A stretch of DNA of 64,000 nucleotides from Terracidiphilus sp. GTDB taxonomy: Bacteria; Acidobacteriota; Terriglobia; Terriglobales; Acidobacteriaceae. Shown here in pieces: positions 1 to 10,023 of the stretch. The first letter of the stretch is position 1; the number at the start of each line of letters is the position of its first letter. A model generated the notes under the pieces. It did not search any database and had not been told where the DNA came from. It saw nothing but the letters and a program-made list of their open reading frames with translations. A program made the translations under genes and the position numbers. Location of the stretch: contig DASXDX010000034.1 of the NCBI GenBank assembly GCA_036490385.1, positions 122,474 to 186,473 on the forward strand, in the 5' to 3' direction.

Positions 1-1
1 G

Positions 2-817
2 CAATCCACGGTGGACACGCGGTTCGGCGTGGTGCAGAATCTTGCCCAGCAAACGGCTGATGCAGCCAACCAGATGACCGCAGCCGTCGGCGACCTGCAG
101 AAGAAACTCAACGCGCAGAACGACGCGCTGAACGGCAAGCTGGATGCCGCCTCCGGACAGGCGCAATCGCTGAATGATTCAGTCGATGAGCTGAAGACCC
201 GCATCGACAAGCTGAACAAGGCTGTTCAGGATTTGCAGGCGCAATTGCAAAATATTCAGAGCCCGCCGCCCGGCGCCGTGACGCCGGGCGCAATGCCGGG
301 TGCTTCAGGTCCTCCCGCGCCAGGGGGCGACACGGCGCAGCAGCTCGCAGGAAATCCGCAGCAGCCCAGCGGATTCCCAGGCGGCGCGCCAGGCGCGGCT
401 CCCGCTTCGCAGGCTCCGCCGCTCCAGGAAACCTTCCAGGCCGGCGTGCGCGATTACAACGCGGCGCGCTACCAGGTGGCGAGCAGTGAATTCGGCGACG
501 TAGTGCATTATTATCCGCTGGACGATCTCGCCGGCACGGCTCAGTTCTACCTCGGCGAGATCGCCTACCAGCAGCAGGACTACGCCAAGGCAATCAACTA
601 TTACAACGCCGTCCTGGACGGATTCGCCGGCAACGCGAAGGCGCCCGCGGCGCAACTCCACAAAGGCGAAGCCCTGCTGGCCCAAAACAAGCGGGATTCG
701 GCCATTCATGAGCTGCGGTTGCTCATCCAGCGCCATCCGCAAACACCAGAGGCGGCGCGGGCGCGCAGCAAGCTGAACGGCATGGGCGTGCGCATTTCGA
801 GTGCAGCGTCTCACTGA
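2..817 (+). CDS. cpoB: Tol-Pal associated CpoB/YbgF-like protein (coiled coil + TPR); 5' end probably outside window
   Basis: The frame is open to base 2. The N-terminal part is a Q/L/D/K-rich coiled coil (DELKTRIDKLNKAVQDLQAQLQNIQ). A long P/G/A linker follows, then C-terminal TPR-like repeats (YYLGEIAYQQQDYAKAINYYNAVL, AQLHKGEALLAQNKRDSAIHELRLLIQRHP). This coiled-coil plus TPR layout is the CpoB/YbgF architecture. Confidence 0.55.
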   Translation, partial: QSTVDTRFGVVQNLAQQTADAANQMTAAVGDLQKKLNAQNDALNGKLDAASGQAQSLNDSVDELKTRIDKLNKAVQDLQAQLQNIQSPPPGAVTPGAMPGASGPPAPGGDTAQQLAGNPQQPSGFPGGAPGAAPASQAPPLQETFQAGVRDYNAARYQVASSEFGDVVHYYPLDDLAGTAQFYLGEIAYQQQDYAKAINYYNAVLDGFAGNAKAPAAQLHKGEALLAQNKRDSAIHELRLLIQRHPQTPEAARARSKLNGMGVRISSAASH

Positions 818-835
818 AAAAACCTCATCCCAAAT

Positions 836-864
836 AAAAAGCCCCGCACACCGCGGGGCTTTTT
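836..864. terminator. Bidirectional rho-independent terminator between convergent cpoB and phoU
   Basis: The sequence is aaaaa-GCCCCGC-acacc-GCGGGGC-ttttt: a 7-bp GC stem flanked by an A-run and a T-run, placed between two convergent stops. Confidence 0.75.
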
Positions 865-891
865 ACGTTGGTGTCACCGGGGCCGTTGTAG

Positions 892-1584
892 TTAGCGGAG
901 TGTCTGTACGTCGCCGGCCTTAAAAAGGCTCTTATGATGGCGCACATCCGCTCCCTGCACCCAGAAGATCACGTCTTCGGCGATGTTGGTGGCGTGGTCG
1001 GCCACGCGCTCCAGGCTCCGGCAGATCATGAGGGCATTGAGCGCCTGCGGAGCAAGATGGCTCTGCTCTTCCATCACCTTCGTCAACGCTTTGTATGCGG
1101 AACGATTCATGGTGTCGACCGCGTCATCCATCATGAGCACGCCGCGGGCGAGTTCCGCATCGGCCTCGATAAAGGATTGCAGGCTCTTGCGCACCATGTC
1201 CGTGGCCAGCGAAGCCATCCGCGGAACATCGACCGGAAGATCGGCCACGGCCATCTGCTCCATGTGCCGCACGCGGTCGCTGATGCTCTTGGCGGAATCG
1301 CCCACGCGCTCCAGGTCGGCGTTGATCTTGATGACCGAGAGAATGAAGCGCAGGTCGATGGCCATGGGCTGCTCCATCGCCAGCAGATCGAGCGCGGCCT
1401 GGTCGATATCGCGTTCCATGCGATTGATCGCGATCTCGCTGCGGCTCACCAGGTCGCAGATCGATAGATCGCGCACCCGATACGCCTCAATGGCGCGTTG
1501 AATGGCCTGTTCCGCCAGGCCGGCCATGATGAGAAGGTTCTCTTTCAAATCTTCCAGACTCTGTTGAAAGCGTATGCGTGTCAT
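892..1584 (-). CDS. phoU: Phosphate signalling complex protein PhoU
   Basis: 230 aa with the two-repeat PhoU pattern ([46 protein letters not shown]). Its start overlaps the pstB stop by 4 nt, and it is the last gene of the pst operon. Confidence 0.9.
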   Translation of the reverse strand: MTRIRFQQSLEDLKENLLIMAGLAEQAIQRAIEAYRVRDLSICDLVSRSEIAINRMERDIDQAALDLLAMEQPMAIDLRFILSVIKINADLERVGDSAKSISDRVRHMEQMAVADLPVDVPRMASLATDMVRKSLQSFIEADAELARGVLMMDDAVDTMNRSAYKALTKVMEEQSHLAPQALNALMICRSLERVADHATNIAEDVIFWVQGADVRHHKSLFKAGDVQTLR

Positions 1585-2375
1585 CCGAACCTGCCCGTAA
1601 TGTAGTCTTCCGTGCGCTTGTCGGTTGGGTTGGTGAAGATCTTGTGGGTGGAATCGAATTCCACCATGCGGCCGTTCAGGAAGAAGCCCGTTTTTTCCGC
1701 CACCCGGGCCGCCTGTTGCATGTTGTGCGTGACGATGACGATAGTGTACTGCGATTTGAGCTGAAAGATGAGATCTTCGATCTTCGAAGTGGAGACCGGG
1801 TCGAGCGCCGAGGCCGGCTCGTCCATCAGCAGCACCTCCGGGTCAACCGCAAGCGCGCGGGCGATACAGAGGCGCTGTTGCTGGCCTCCCGAGAGGCTGG
1901 CGCCGGATTTCTTCCTGAGATCGTCCTTGACTTCATCCCACAGAGCCGAATTCCTGAGCGAGCGCTCCACAATCTCATTCAGGGCATGGCGGTTTGAGAA
2001 GCCGTTGAGCTTGAGGCCGGCGGCCACGTTGTCGTAGATGGACATGGTGGGAAAGGGGTTGGGGCGCTGGAAGACCATGCCCACGCGGCGACGAATCTCC
2101 ACCGGCGTGGCGTCGGCATAGATATCGCGATCGCCAATGCGGACCACCCCCGTCACGCGGGCGATGGGATTGGTTTCGTGCATGCGGTTTAAACAACGCA
2201 CAAAGGTGCTCTTGCCGCATCCTGAGGGGCCGATGAGCGCGGTGGCATGATTCGCCGGAATGTTCAAATTGATGTCCTGCAGCGTGTGATTCGCGCCATA
2301 CCACGCATTCAGGTTCGAGACTTCAATGCCAACGCCCACGTACGCATTTCTCCTTCTGGACTGCCCTGAAACCAA
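1581..2375 (-). CDS. pstB: Phosphate ABC transporter ATP-binding protein PstB
   Basis: Walker [13 protein letters not shown] signature [15 protein letters not shown] and Walker [12 protein letters not shown] are present. The PstB-type context [16 protein letters not shown] is also there, and the gene sits between pstA and phoU. Confidence 0.93.
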   Translation of the reverse strand: MVSGQSRRRNAYVGVGIEVSNLNAWYGANHTLQDINLNIPANHATALIGPSGCGKSTFVRCLNRMHETNPIARVTGVVRIGDRDIYADATPVEIRRRVGMVFQRPNPFPTMSIYDNVAAGLKLNGFSNRHALNEIVERSLRNSALWDEVKDDLRKKSGASLSGGQQQRLCIARALAVDPEVLLMDEPASALDPVSTSKIEDLIFQLKSQYTIVIVTHNMQQAARVAEKTGFFLNGRMVEFDSTHKIFTNPTDKRTEDYITGRFG

Positions 2376-2468
2376 TCACTTCCACGGCGATTTCCTCAAG
2401 AAAATCGCCACTTCAACATTCTTCAAGACGGCAACTCACAAGACGGCAACTCAAAGGAGAAATGCCGT

Positions 2469-3356
2469 TTAGCTTGCGCCTTTCAAGACGCCCCGGCCGG
2501 TAACGTAGCGCACCAGCGAAACCGCAAGCACGATCAACACAATAAGAACCAGCGCTCCCGCCCAAGCCAGCCTGTGCTGGTCGTCGTATGGAGAGATGGC
2601 GAAGACCCAGATCTGCAGCGGAAGAGCCTCGATCGGCTCGTTCAGGTTCGAATTCATGAACGCATTGCCGAAGGCCGTGAAGATCAGCGGCGCCGTCTCT
2701 CCAGCCACGCGCGCGAAGGCCAACATGCAGCCCGTGATGATGCCGGGGGAGGCGGTTTTCACGGTGATCGACAAGACCGAGCGCCAATTGGGCAGGCCCA
2801 GCCCAAGCGCCGCCTCGCGCACCGCGTTCGGCACCATCAGCAGCATCTCCTCGGTGGTGCGGCAAACGGTAGGGATCATCATGATGCCCAGGGCCACGCC
2901 GCCTGAAAAAGCCGAGAAGTGTCCTGAGAACGGTATGAAGCGGCTGTGTGTGCTCACGACCAGCGAATAGACTGCCAGGCCCATCACAATGGAGGGTACG
3001 CCGTTCAACACGTCGGCGGTAAACCGGACGGCGTTCGCCAGCTTCGTTCCGCGTCCGAACTCAGCCAGAAAAATGCCGCCGCCGATGCCGATGGGAATCC
3101 CGATCGCGCTGGCCAGCGCCAACAGGACGCCGGAACCGACAATGGCATTGGCCATGCCTCCGCCGCTCTCGCCCTCAGGCTTGGGAATCTGCGTGAAGAA
3201 GGCCAGGTTAAGCGAGCTCGCTCCCTTGTAGATCAAGTATCCGAAGATGGCCGCCAACGGCGCGACGACGGTCAAGGTGGCCAGAATTGCCAGCACGGTC
3301 ACACCGGCGTCCGTCCATGCCCGCCAACGCGCTCTTAAACTCTGCTTGCTTGCCAC
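2469..3356 (-). CDS. pstA: Phosphate ABC transporter permease PstA
   Basis: 295-aa multi-TM permease with an EAA-type loop (VREAALGLGLPNWRSV). It is the second permease gene, immediately upstream of pstB. Confidence 0.85.
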   Translation of the reverse strand: MASKQSLRARWRAWTDAGVTVLAILATLTVVAPLAAIFGYLIYKGASSLNLAFFTQIPKPEGESGGGMANAIVGSGVLLALASAIGIPIGIGGGIFLAEFGRGTKLANAVRFTADVLNGVPSIVMGLAVYSLVVSTHSRFIPFSGHFSAFSGGVALGIMMIPTVCRTTEEMLLMVPNAVREAALGLGLPNWRSVLSITVKTASPGIITGCMLAFARVAGETAPLIFTAFGNAFMNSNLNEPIEALPLQIWVFAISPYDDQHRLAWAGALVLIVLIVLAVSLVRYVTGRGVLKGAS

Positions 3357-3413
3357 GTCCTACTCTCCTGCCCGCTCGCTCCCGATCCCCGGCTCAGCCA
3401 CACCATCCCCGCC

Positions 3414-4511
3414 TCACCGTGCCTGCGCGGGCGCTCCTCGCGTCACCGCCCATACCAGCAATTGCGCACAGGCGTTCACCACAATCGTCACCAGAAAAAG
3501 CGCCAGACCGATCTCGATCAGTGCGCTCCGGTGCATATCGCTTACCGCTTCAGAGAACTCGCTCGCAATCACCGACGCCATCGAGTTGCCGTTGGCCAGC
3601 AGCGACTTGTGAATCTCCGGTGCATCGCCGATCACCATGGTCACGGCCATCGTTTCGCCCAGCGCGCGGCCCAGGCCGAGAATGATGCCGCCCACAATGC
3701 CGATGCGCGCATTGCGCAGCACGCCCACGCGAATCATCTCCCAGCGCGTGGCGCCCAGTGCCAGTACGGCTTCCCGCTGCGAGTGGGGCACTGCCATCAT
3801 GACCTCGCGCGTCAGCGACGAGATGATGGGCAGAATCATGATGGCCAGAATCACGCCGCCGGCAAGAAAACCCAGGCCCGTCGGGTTGTCGTTCTCGAAG
3901 AAGCCCGTCCAGCCCAGCAGGCTTACGAGCAGTGGATTGACATGCTCCCGCAGCAGCGGCACCAGCACAAAGAACGCCCACAAGCCATACACGATGCTGG
4001 GGATCGCTGCAAGCAGTTCAGTAAGGAATGCGAGGGAGCCACGCAGCGCCCGCGGGCACATCTCGGTGAGGAAGATGGCCAGCCCCACGCCCAGCGGCAC
4101 CGCGATCAGCAGCGCCAGAAAAGAAGAGACCAGCGTTCCGTAGATGAACGGGATGGCGCTGAAAAATCCGTTGACCGGGTCCCAATACAGCGGCCGATGG
4201 GTCTCGGGGTTGATGAACGACTTCCAGAAGAAGCCCACGCCGAACTCATGCCAGGTCAACTGCGAACTCACCATGAGCCGCCATGCGATCAACCCGACGA
4301 TGGCAAAGATGCTATAGGCGCACAGCACCATCAACCAGCGAAAACACCGGTCCGCGAGAGCCGAATTGCCGCGGGAAAGCAGAAAGCGTCGAACCGGGGA
4401 TTGCTCTTCCTGAATTGGGTCTCCCGGAGACTTCCCGGTACGGGAGGATGTCGGCTGCTCGCGGAGTGATCGGGGCACACGTATTTCAGGCACTTTGACT
4501 TCCACAGACAT
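3414..4511 (-). CDS. pstC: Phosphate ABC transporter permease PstC (start uncertain; has an N-terminal extension)
   Basis: Multi-TM permease with the loop QREAVLALGATRWEMI. It is the first of the two permease genes of the pst operon. The first ~60 aa are hydrophilic, so the real start may lie downstream. Confidence 0.85.
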   Translation of the reverse strand: MSVEVKVPEIRVPRSLREQPTSSRTGKSPGDPIQEEQSPVRRFLLSRGNSALADRCFRWLMVLCAYSIFAIVGLIAWRLMVSSQLTWHEFGVGFFWKSFINPETHRPLYWDPVNGFFSAIPFIYGTLVSSFLALLIAVPLGVGLAIFLTEMCPRALRGSLAFLTELLAAIPSIVYGLWAFFVLVPLLREHVNPLLVSLLGWTGFFENDNPTGLGFLAGGVILAIMILPIISSLTREVMMAVPHSQREAVLALGATRWEMIRVGVLRNARIGIVGGIILGLGRALGETMAVTMVIGDAPEIHKSLLANGNSMASVIASEFSEAVSDMHRSALIEIGLALFLVTIVVNACAQLLVWAVTRGAPAQAR

Positions 4512-4729
4512 CAGGCTAGCGAGCGAATATGAACGGCAGGTTACAAGTGTGCAAAATCAAGCGCCTACAAGCGGAAATCAGGGCCACGCGGGCCTCGTTG
4601 AGACGAGCCAGGAAACACATGCCGAAAGTTCCCCGCGGGCTTACCACGTCCTTCGAATGTAAGATGAAATGGTTTTTCTATTGGTTTCTCGAAAATGCCG
4701 TAAAACTGGTAACCTGGGAACCCACAGCC

Positions 4730-7135
4730 ATGCGCGTCTTTGCGACACTCTTGCTCAGCCTCTTGTCAGCCCCTGTTCTTAACGCTCAGGCCGGCCCGCA
4801 TCCTGATCCGCAGCACCGCGACTGGCACGCCTCCTGGGTGACCCACCCTGCCGCACCGCTGCGGGAGCCGCTGGTGCTGCACTTCCGGCGGTCGCTTCTG
4901 CTGGCGGCCGCGCCCCAGACCTACATCGTGCGGGTGAGCGCCGATAACCGGTTCATTTTGTGGGTAAACGGCCGGCGCGTCGGCGATGGCCCGGCGCGGG
5001 GCGACCTGGCGCACTGGCGGTATGAGCGTTTCGACCTGGCTCCCTTTCTGCGCGCGGGCACGAATCTTGTGACGGCAACGGTCTGGAACTGGGGCGTTTA
5101 CGCGCCGATCGCGCAGATCAGCGACCGCACGGCCTTTCTCCTGGAGAGTGAGGGCGCGGCAGCCGATTCAATCAGCACGCCGGAGGGTTGGGAGGTCGAG
5201 GTCGAGCGCGGACACCGCCCCCTGGACCGCAGCTCCGTCGATCTGCGCACGTACATGGCCGCGGGACCGGGCGAAGAGCTCGATGCGGCGCAGTACGACT
5301 GGAAATGGCAATCGCCGGACGATGCGAGCGAGGCATGGGCTCCGGCCGCCACGCCGATGCGCGACAGCATTCACCCCGGCGTAAACAAAGCCCACTCGGC
5401 TGACACGACCGGCGACAACAGCTGGGGCCTGGTTCCGGACACGCTGCCGCACATGGAGTACACGCCGGTCAGCGCGGGCGAAGTAGTGCGGATGGATTCG
5501 ATTGCCAGCGAGCAGCCCGGCTTGCGCAAATTTCCAGAGTCTTCCGTCACATTGCCGCCGGGCATTCATGCGCATCTGCTGCTCGACCGCAAAACCCTTA
5601 CCACCGCATATCCCATCCTCGCCGTCTCCGGCGGCAAGGGCTCAAAGATCTGGCTCACCTATTCTGAAGCGCTCTACGACAAGGGGATGCACAAGGGCGA
5701 TCGCGACGAGGTGGGCAATCGCACGGCACACGGGTTGAAAGATTGCTTTTTGCCGGACGGCGGCGCCGATCGCGTCTTCGAGCCGCTCTGGTGGCGGACG
5801 TGGCGTTATCTCGATCTCGACATCACAACCAGCAGCGAGCCATTGCAGCTCGAATCGCTCACCGCCGCATTCACGGCGTATCCGTTTCAGGAAGACGCGC
5901 GTTTTGAATCGAGCGATCCTGACTTAGCGAAGATCTGGGAGATCAGTTGGCGCACGGCCCGGCTCGATGCGCATGAAACCTACATGGACACGCCCTACTA
6001 CGAGCAGCTCCAATACGTCGGCGACACGCGGATTCAGGCGCTGATCTCGTATGCGGTTGCAGGCGACGACCGGCTCGCGCGGCAGGCCCTGGAGGCGTTT
6101 GACGAGTCGCGCATTCCGGACGGGCTGACGCGCAGCCGCTATCCGAGCTCGCTGGCGCAGACGATTCCGACCTTTTCGCTGCTGTGGCTCGGCATGGTGC
6201 ACGACTGGTGGATGTATCGGCCCGATCCGGAGCCGGCGCGTGCTTCGCTTGAAGGAACCAGGGCGGTGCTGCACTGGTTTGCGCGCTACGAGCAGCCCGA
6301 TGGCTTGCTGGCAAAGCTGCCATGGTGGAGCTTCATTGACTGGGTGTCTGCGGGCGAAATTCCGACTTACGACGCCAAGGGCGAGTCGTGCATGACCACT
6401 CTTGAATATCTGGGCGCGCTCGATGACGCCGCCGATCTCGAAAAGGCGCTGGGCGATCCGTTGTTCGCCGGGCGATATCAAGCCCGCGCGGCGCATGTGC
6501 GGAGCGGCCTCTTTCAACAGTGCTGGAATGCGCAGCGCGGATTGCTGGCGGATACGCCGGACCGCAGCAGCTTCAGCCAGCAGGCAAACATTCTGGGCGT
6601 GCTTTACGACGTGATTCCGAAAGACCGGCAGAAGGATGTGCTCCAAAAGATATCGGCCATCGAACCCGGAACCGCGCCGGATGGGGTCCTGAGTGCGTCG
6701 TATTACTTCCGCTTCTATCTCGCGCGGGCGCTGGACCATGCCGGCATGGCAGACCAGTATCTCAGCTCGATTGAGCCGTGGCGCAAGCTGCTGGCCTTGC
6801 ACTTCAGCACCTGGCCTGAGGTTCCCGGCGACACGCGTTCGGACTCGCACGCCTGGAGCGCGCACCCGATCTACGACCTGCTGACGCTGGTGGCGGGCAT
6901 CGAGCCGGCCAGCCCGGGATTTGCGACCGTGCGGATCGCTCCGCATTTGGGATCGCTGCCCGCGTTGACTGCTGATTTTCCGCATCCGCAGGGCACGATC
7001 CATGTGGAGTATCGCCGCGAGAATGGCAAATTGAATGGGCTCGTGACGCTGCCTGGAACACTCACCGGAACCTTTCTTTACGAAGGCAAGGCGTGGCCGC
7101 TGAAGCCCGGCAGGAATCAGATCGAAGCTCGGTAA
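4730..7135 (+). CDS. Secreted glycoside hydrolase, GH78 alpha-L-rhamnosidase-like (six-hairpin catalytic domain)
   Basis: An ATG at 4730 gives the signal peptide MRVFATLLLSLLSAPVLNAQA. The motif MDTPYYEQLQYVGDTR matches the D-x-P-x-x-E...GD pattern of the GH78 catalytic domain. SHAWSAHPIYDL lies near the C-terminus, and a LacI regulator follows. The upstream 67 codons of the ORF look non-coding. Confidence 0.6.
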   Translation: MRVFATLLLSLLSAPVLNAQAGPHPDPQHRDWHASWVTHPAAPLREPLVLHFRRSLLLAAAPQTYIVRVSADNRFILWVNGRRVGDGPARGDLAHWRYERFDLAPFLRAGTNLVTATVWNWGVYAPIAQISDRTAFLLESEGAAADSISTPEGWEVEVERGHRPLDRSSVDLRTYMAAGPGEELDAAQYDWKWQSPDDASEAWAPAATPMRDSIHPGVNKAHSADTTGDNSWGLVPDTLPHMEYTPVSAGEVVRMDSIASEQPGLRKFPESSVTLPPGIHAHLLLDRKTLTTAYPILAVSGGKGSKIWLTYSEALYDKGMHKGDRDEVGNRTAHGLKDCFLPDGGADRVFEPLWWRTWRYLDLDITTSSEPLQLESLTAAFTAYPFQEDARFESSDPDLAKIWEISWRTARLDAHETYMDTPYYEQLQYVGDTRIQALISYAVAGDDRLARQALEAFDESRIPDGLTRSRYPSSLAQTIPTFSLLWLGMVHDWWMYRPDPEPARASLEGTRAVLHWFARYEQPDGLLAKLPWWSFIDWVSAGEIPTYDAKGESCMTTLEYLGALDDAADLEKALGDPLFAGRYQARAAHVRSGLFQQCWNAQRGLLADTPDRSSFSQQANILGVLYDVIPKDRQKDVLQKISAIEPGTAPDGVLSASYYFRFYLARALDHAGMADQYLSSIEPWRKLLALHFSTWPEVPGDTRSDSHAWSAHPIYDLLTLVAGIEPASPGFATVRIAPHLGSLPALTADFPHPQGTIHVEYRRENGKLNGLVTLPGTLTGTFLYEGKAWPLKPGRNQIEAR

Positions 7136-7222
7136 TCGAGACGGTTGCAGTATGCAGGAAAATCGATCCACTTGCCCCTTTCCGTGCTTTCGCGCTCAGG
7201 AGAAACGTGTTACAAATCCAGC

Positions 7223-8302
7223 ATGGCAAAGGGAAAACTAGCTACTCCCCCAGGGCACGTCAACCTGCGGATGCTCGCCGAGCATCTGGAGCTTTCGCAG
7301 ACAACCGTTTCCCTTGTGCTGAACGATTCGCCTTCCGCTAAGTCGATTCCCCAGGAGACGCGCAACCGGGTCACCGAAGCAGCCAAGCGGCTGAATTACC
7401 GGCCCAACTACTTTGCGCGCTCTCTGCGGCAGAGCCGCTCGATGAGCGTGGGCGTGCTTGCGCCTGACTTGAGCGAAGGGTACTTTACGCGCGTGATGAG
7501 CGGCGTGGTGGAAGAGCTGACCGCGGCTCATTACTTCTATTTCACGGCCTGCCATGACTGGAAGCGGGAGTTGATCGAGAAATACCCGCGCATGCTGGTA
7601 GAGCGCGCAGTGGACGGATTTTTGCTGCTGAATACACCGGCGGATCACATCGCCGTCCCGGTGCCGGTGGTGGCCATCTCGGCGCACACCGTAACCGAGA
7701 ATGTGACGAACATTATTCTGGATCACCATCAGGCCGTGCAGCAGGCGCTCGGTCACTTGCATGAGCTGGGTCATCGGAGGGTTGCAGTCCTGCGCGGCCC
7801 GCGCGCGATTCCCGACTCCGAATTCCGCTGGGAAAGCTGCCTCGAGGTAGCGCGGGAGATCGATCTCAAGCTCGATCCGTCCCTGGTCGTCCGCATCGAT
7901 GCTGCCGCGTGGTCGATTAAAACTGGATACCACCCCATGGCCCCGGAGATTGGTTACAAGCCGATGCAGGCGCTGCTCGAGAAGACCCGCGACTTCACCG
8001 CCGTCTTCTGCTTCAACGATATCGCGGCCATCGGCGCCATCCGGGCGCTGAAGGAAGCCGGGCTCAGGGTGCCGGAAGACGTATCGGTCGTGGGATTCGA
8101 CGATATTCTGTCGGCGGCCTACGCGACCCCGTCGCTCACCACGGTGAGGCAGCCGCTAACCGAGATGGGCAAACGCGGAGCGCAGATTCTTCTGGAACGG
8201 ATCGGCAACCGTGACAAGGAGTATCCAACGGAAGTGGTCATGAGCCCGGAACTGGTGGTACGCGAATCAACCTGCCCCGCCCCGGCAAGGCGCCGCGTGT
8301 GA
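7223..8302 (+). CDS. LacI family transcriptional regulator
   Basis: N-terminal HTH (VNLRMLAEHLELSQTTVSLVLND ... ETRNRVTEAAKRLNYRPNYFARSL) followed by a periplasmic-binding-protein-like sugar-binding fold (VPEDVSVVGFDDI). Confidence 0.85.
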   Translation: MAKGKLATPPGHVNLRMLAEHLELSQTTVSLVLNDSPSAKSIPQETRNRVTEAAKRLNYRPNYFARSLRQSRSMSVGVLAPDLSEGYFTRVMSGVVEELTAAHYFYFTACHDWKRELIEKYPRMLVERAVDGFLLLNTPADHIAVPVPVVAISAHTVTENVTNIILDHHQAVQQALGHLHELGHRRVAVLRGPRAIPDSEFRWESCLEVAREIDLKLDPSLVVRIDAAAWSIKTGYHPMAPEIGYKPMQALLEKTRDFTAVFCFNDIAAIGAIRALKEAGLRVPEDVSVVGFDDILSAAYATPSLTTVRQPLTEMGKRGAQILLERIGNRDKEYPTEVVMSPELVVRESTCPAPARRRV

Positions 8303-8336
8303 GGGAGCGAAGCTGTGCCCCCAGTCTGCTAATGCC

Positions 8337-8543
8337 CTAACTGCAGTACGACTCCATCCAGCGGCTGATATAAACCTGGGCGTGGGCTTCGCCGCAGTAG
8401 TGGCGGGCGTGGGGCTCATCGGCCGCTTCCAGTGTCCACTTGTAGACGATCAGTCGCGCATCGTTGCAGTGGATCACAATCCAGCGCACCGGATTCTGGC
8501 TCTCCTCGCCGCAGATTTCACATCGATATATCCTGTTAATCAC
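8337..8543 (-). CDS. Small Cys/His-containing hypothetical protein (68 aa)
   Basis: The ORF sits directly downstream of hom on the same strand. It has CEIC ... HC ... HYCGEAH spacing that suggests a small zinc-binding fold. I recognise no family. Confidence 0.4.
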   Translation of the reverse strand: MINRIYRCEICGEESQNPVRWIVIHCNDARLIVYKWTLEAADEPHARHYCGEAHAQVYISRWMESYCS

Positions 8544-8617
8544 GGTGCGACCTCCGCATCAATGTTAGCTTGTTCATGAATCTCTCCCGCCGCTTCCTGA
8601 TCCTCTTTGCGGTCGTT

Positions 8618-9910
8618 CTATTCCAGCATCTGCAAATCGAGCGGCTCGACCAGCATGCAATCCATCGCGCGGACCCGAGCGAGCGCACGCTGCAGCGCGG
8701 AAGACTTGCACGGCTCAACTGTCACGACAAAGGGCAGCGCGTCGGCCGGATAACCGGGCTTCTGCAGGATGGCGCGAATGTTGATTTGCTCGGCGGCGAG
8801 AGCTCCGGTGATGGCGGCGACAATGCCCGGCCGGTCGGCTACCAGGAAACGAATGTAATGCGGCACTTCAAATTCTCCGGCTATCTTCGCGGGAGCAGAG
8901 GGGATCTCGACGCGGCGCGATCCATGCGCCAACGCGAGAAGATCGCTAACCACCGCAACGGCCGTGGGATGACCTCCGGCGCCATGGCCGGAGAAGACCA
9001 CATCGCCGCCATAACGGCCGCAGGCGATGACCATATTCTCCGTACCCTGCGACCAGGCGAGCGGTGAACGCGATGAGACGAGCATGGGACCGACGGTTGC
9101 GGCCAGGCGTCCCTCGGCCTGCTCGGCGCGCGCAACCTGGCGAATGGTGCAGCCAAGATCGCGCGCGTAGCTGAAGTCGACGGCCGTGACGGTAGTGATC
9201 GGCCTCGGTGAAATCTCTTCCGGATCGATCTGCACGCGCAAGGCAAGCCGCATCAAAATGGCCAGCTTGGCGCGGGCGTCAAAGCCGCACACATCTTCTG
9301 TGGGATCGGCCTCCGCATAGCCTTTGGCCTGCGCCACGCTCAACACGGTTGCATACTCCGCGCCTGCTTCCATCTGACTCAGGATGAAATTGCACGTGCC
9401 GTTGAGAATGCCTTCAATGCGGTCGATGCGGTCACCGGCGAGGCCCTGCTCCAACCCTGGAATTACCGGGATTCCGCCGGCGACCGCGGCGCCGTATTTG
9501 AGGTGCCCGCCTTTTTGCGCAGCCAGGCGTTCGAGATCGACGCCGTGAAAGGCGATGAGCTTCTTGTTCGCGGTAACTACGCTCTTCCCTGCCTCAAGCG
9601 CGCGGCGCACCCACGTTCCCGCTGGGTCGAGGCCGCCGGCGAGCTCCACAATCACATCGACATCCGAGGCCAGCACGGCGTCGGCATCTTCACTCCAGAT
9701 CACGTGCGCGGGCGTCCAGTCGACCCGTTTGCGCGCAACACCGCGGTTGAAGATGTGCGTCAGTTCGAGTCCCTGCGGCTTTGATTCAGTGAGGATGCGC
9801 GCCACAGAGCTGCCCACGGTTCCGAAGCCGAAGATCGCAATGCGCAAGGGACGCTGCACGCGGAATTCGGAAACCTCCCTGGAAGACGGGGAACCTTGCA
9901 CCTGAGACAC
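8618..9910 (-). CDS. hom: Homoserine dehydrogenase with C-terminal ACT domain
   Basis: Rossmann start LRIAIFGFGTVGSSVARIL, catalytic-domain motifs (NGTCNFILSQM, AQAKGYAEADPTEDV) and a C-terminal ACT-like segment. I chose the GTG at 9910 because AAGGA lies 7 nt upstream. GTGs at 9901 and 9859 are alternatives. Confidence 0.85.
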   Translation of the reverse strand: MSQVQGSPSSREVSEFRVQRPLRIAIFGFGTVGSSVARILTESKPQGLELTHIFNRGVARKRVDWTPAHVIWSEDADAVLASDVDVIVELAGGLDPAGTWVRRALEAGKSVVTANKKLIAFHGVDLERLAAQKGGHLKYGAAVAGGIPVIPGLEQGLAGDRIDRIEGILNGTCNFILSQMEAGAEYATVLSVAQAKGYAEADPTEDVCGFDARAKLAILMRLALRVQIDPEEISPRPITTVTAVDFSYARDLGCTIRQVARAEQAEGRLAATVGPMLVSSRSPLAWSQGTENMVIACGRYGGDVVFSGHGAGGHPTAVAVVSDLLALAHGSRRVEIPSAPAKIAGEFEVPHYIRFLVADRPGIVAAITGALAAEQINIRAILQKPGYPADALPFVVTVEPCKSSALQRALARVRAMDCMLVEPLDLQMLE

Positions 9911-10023
9911 TTGTATGTCCTTTTGCGGTAAAGATGACGGGCTGAACCCGGGCAATATGATGATACCTGACGATGCAGGCCAGAATGGGCATGAAGCGAT
10001 CACTCGTGTAACATGATCTGCAG

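Noticed and set aside
4529-4729. The N-terminal 67 codons of the tracked 868-aa ORF for the GH78-like gene.
   Set aside because: This stretch is basic and low-complexity and lies in the divergent promoter region shared with pstC. A textbook signal peptide begins at the ATG at 4730. The same trimming logic was applied to eno, glgA, uvrB, the ABC-F gene and others.
5924-7171. 415-aa minus-strand ORF.
   Set aside because: It is antisense to the GH78-like hydrolase and its sequence is Arg-rich and featureless. The same reasoning applies to 11468-12355 (antisense to the TonB receptor), 16022-17092 (antisense to the GT2 gene), 14369-15280, 20957-21748 and 38910-39788.
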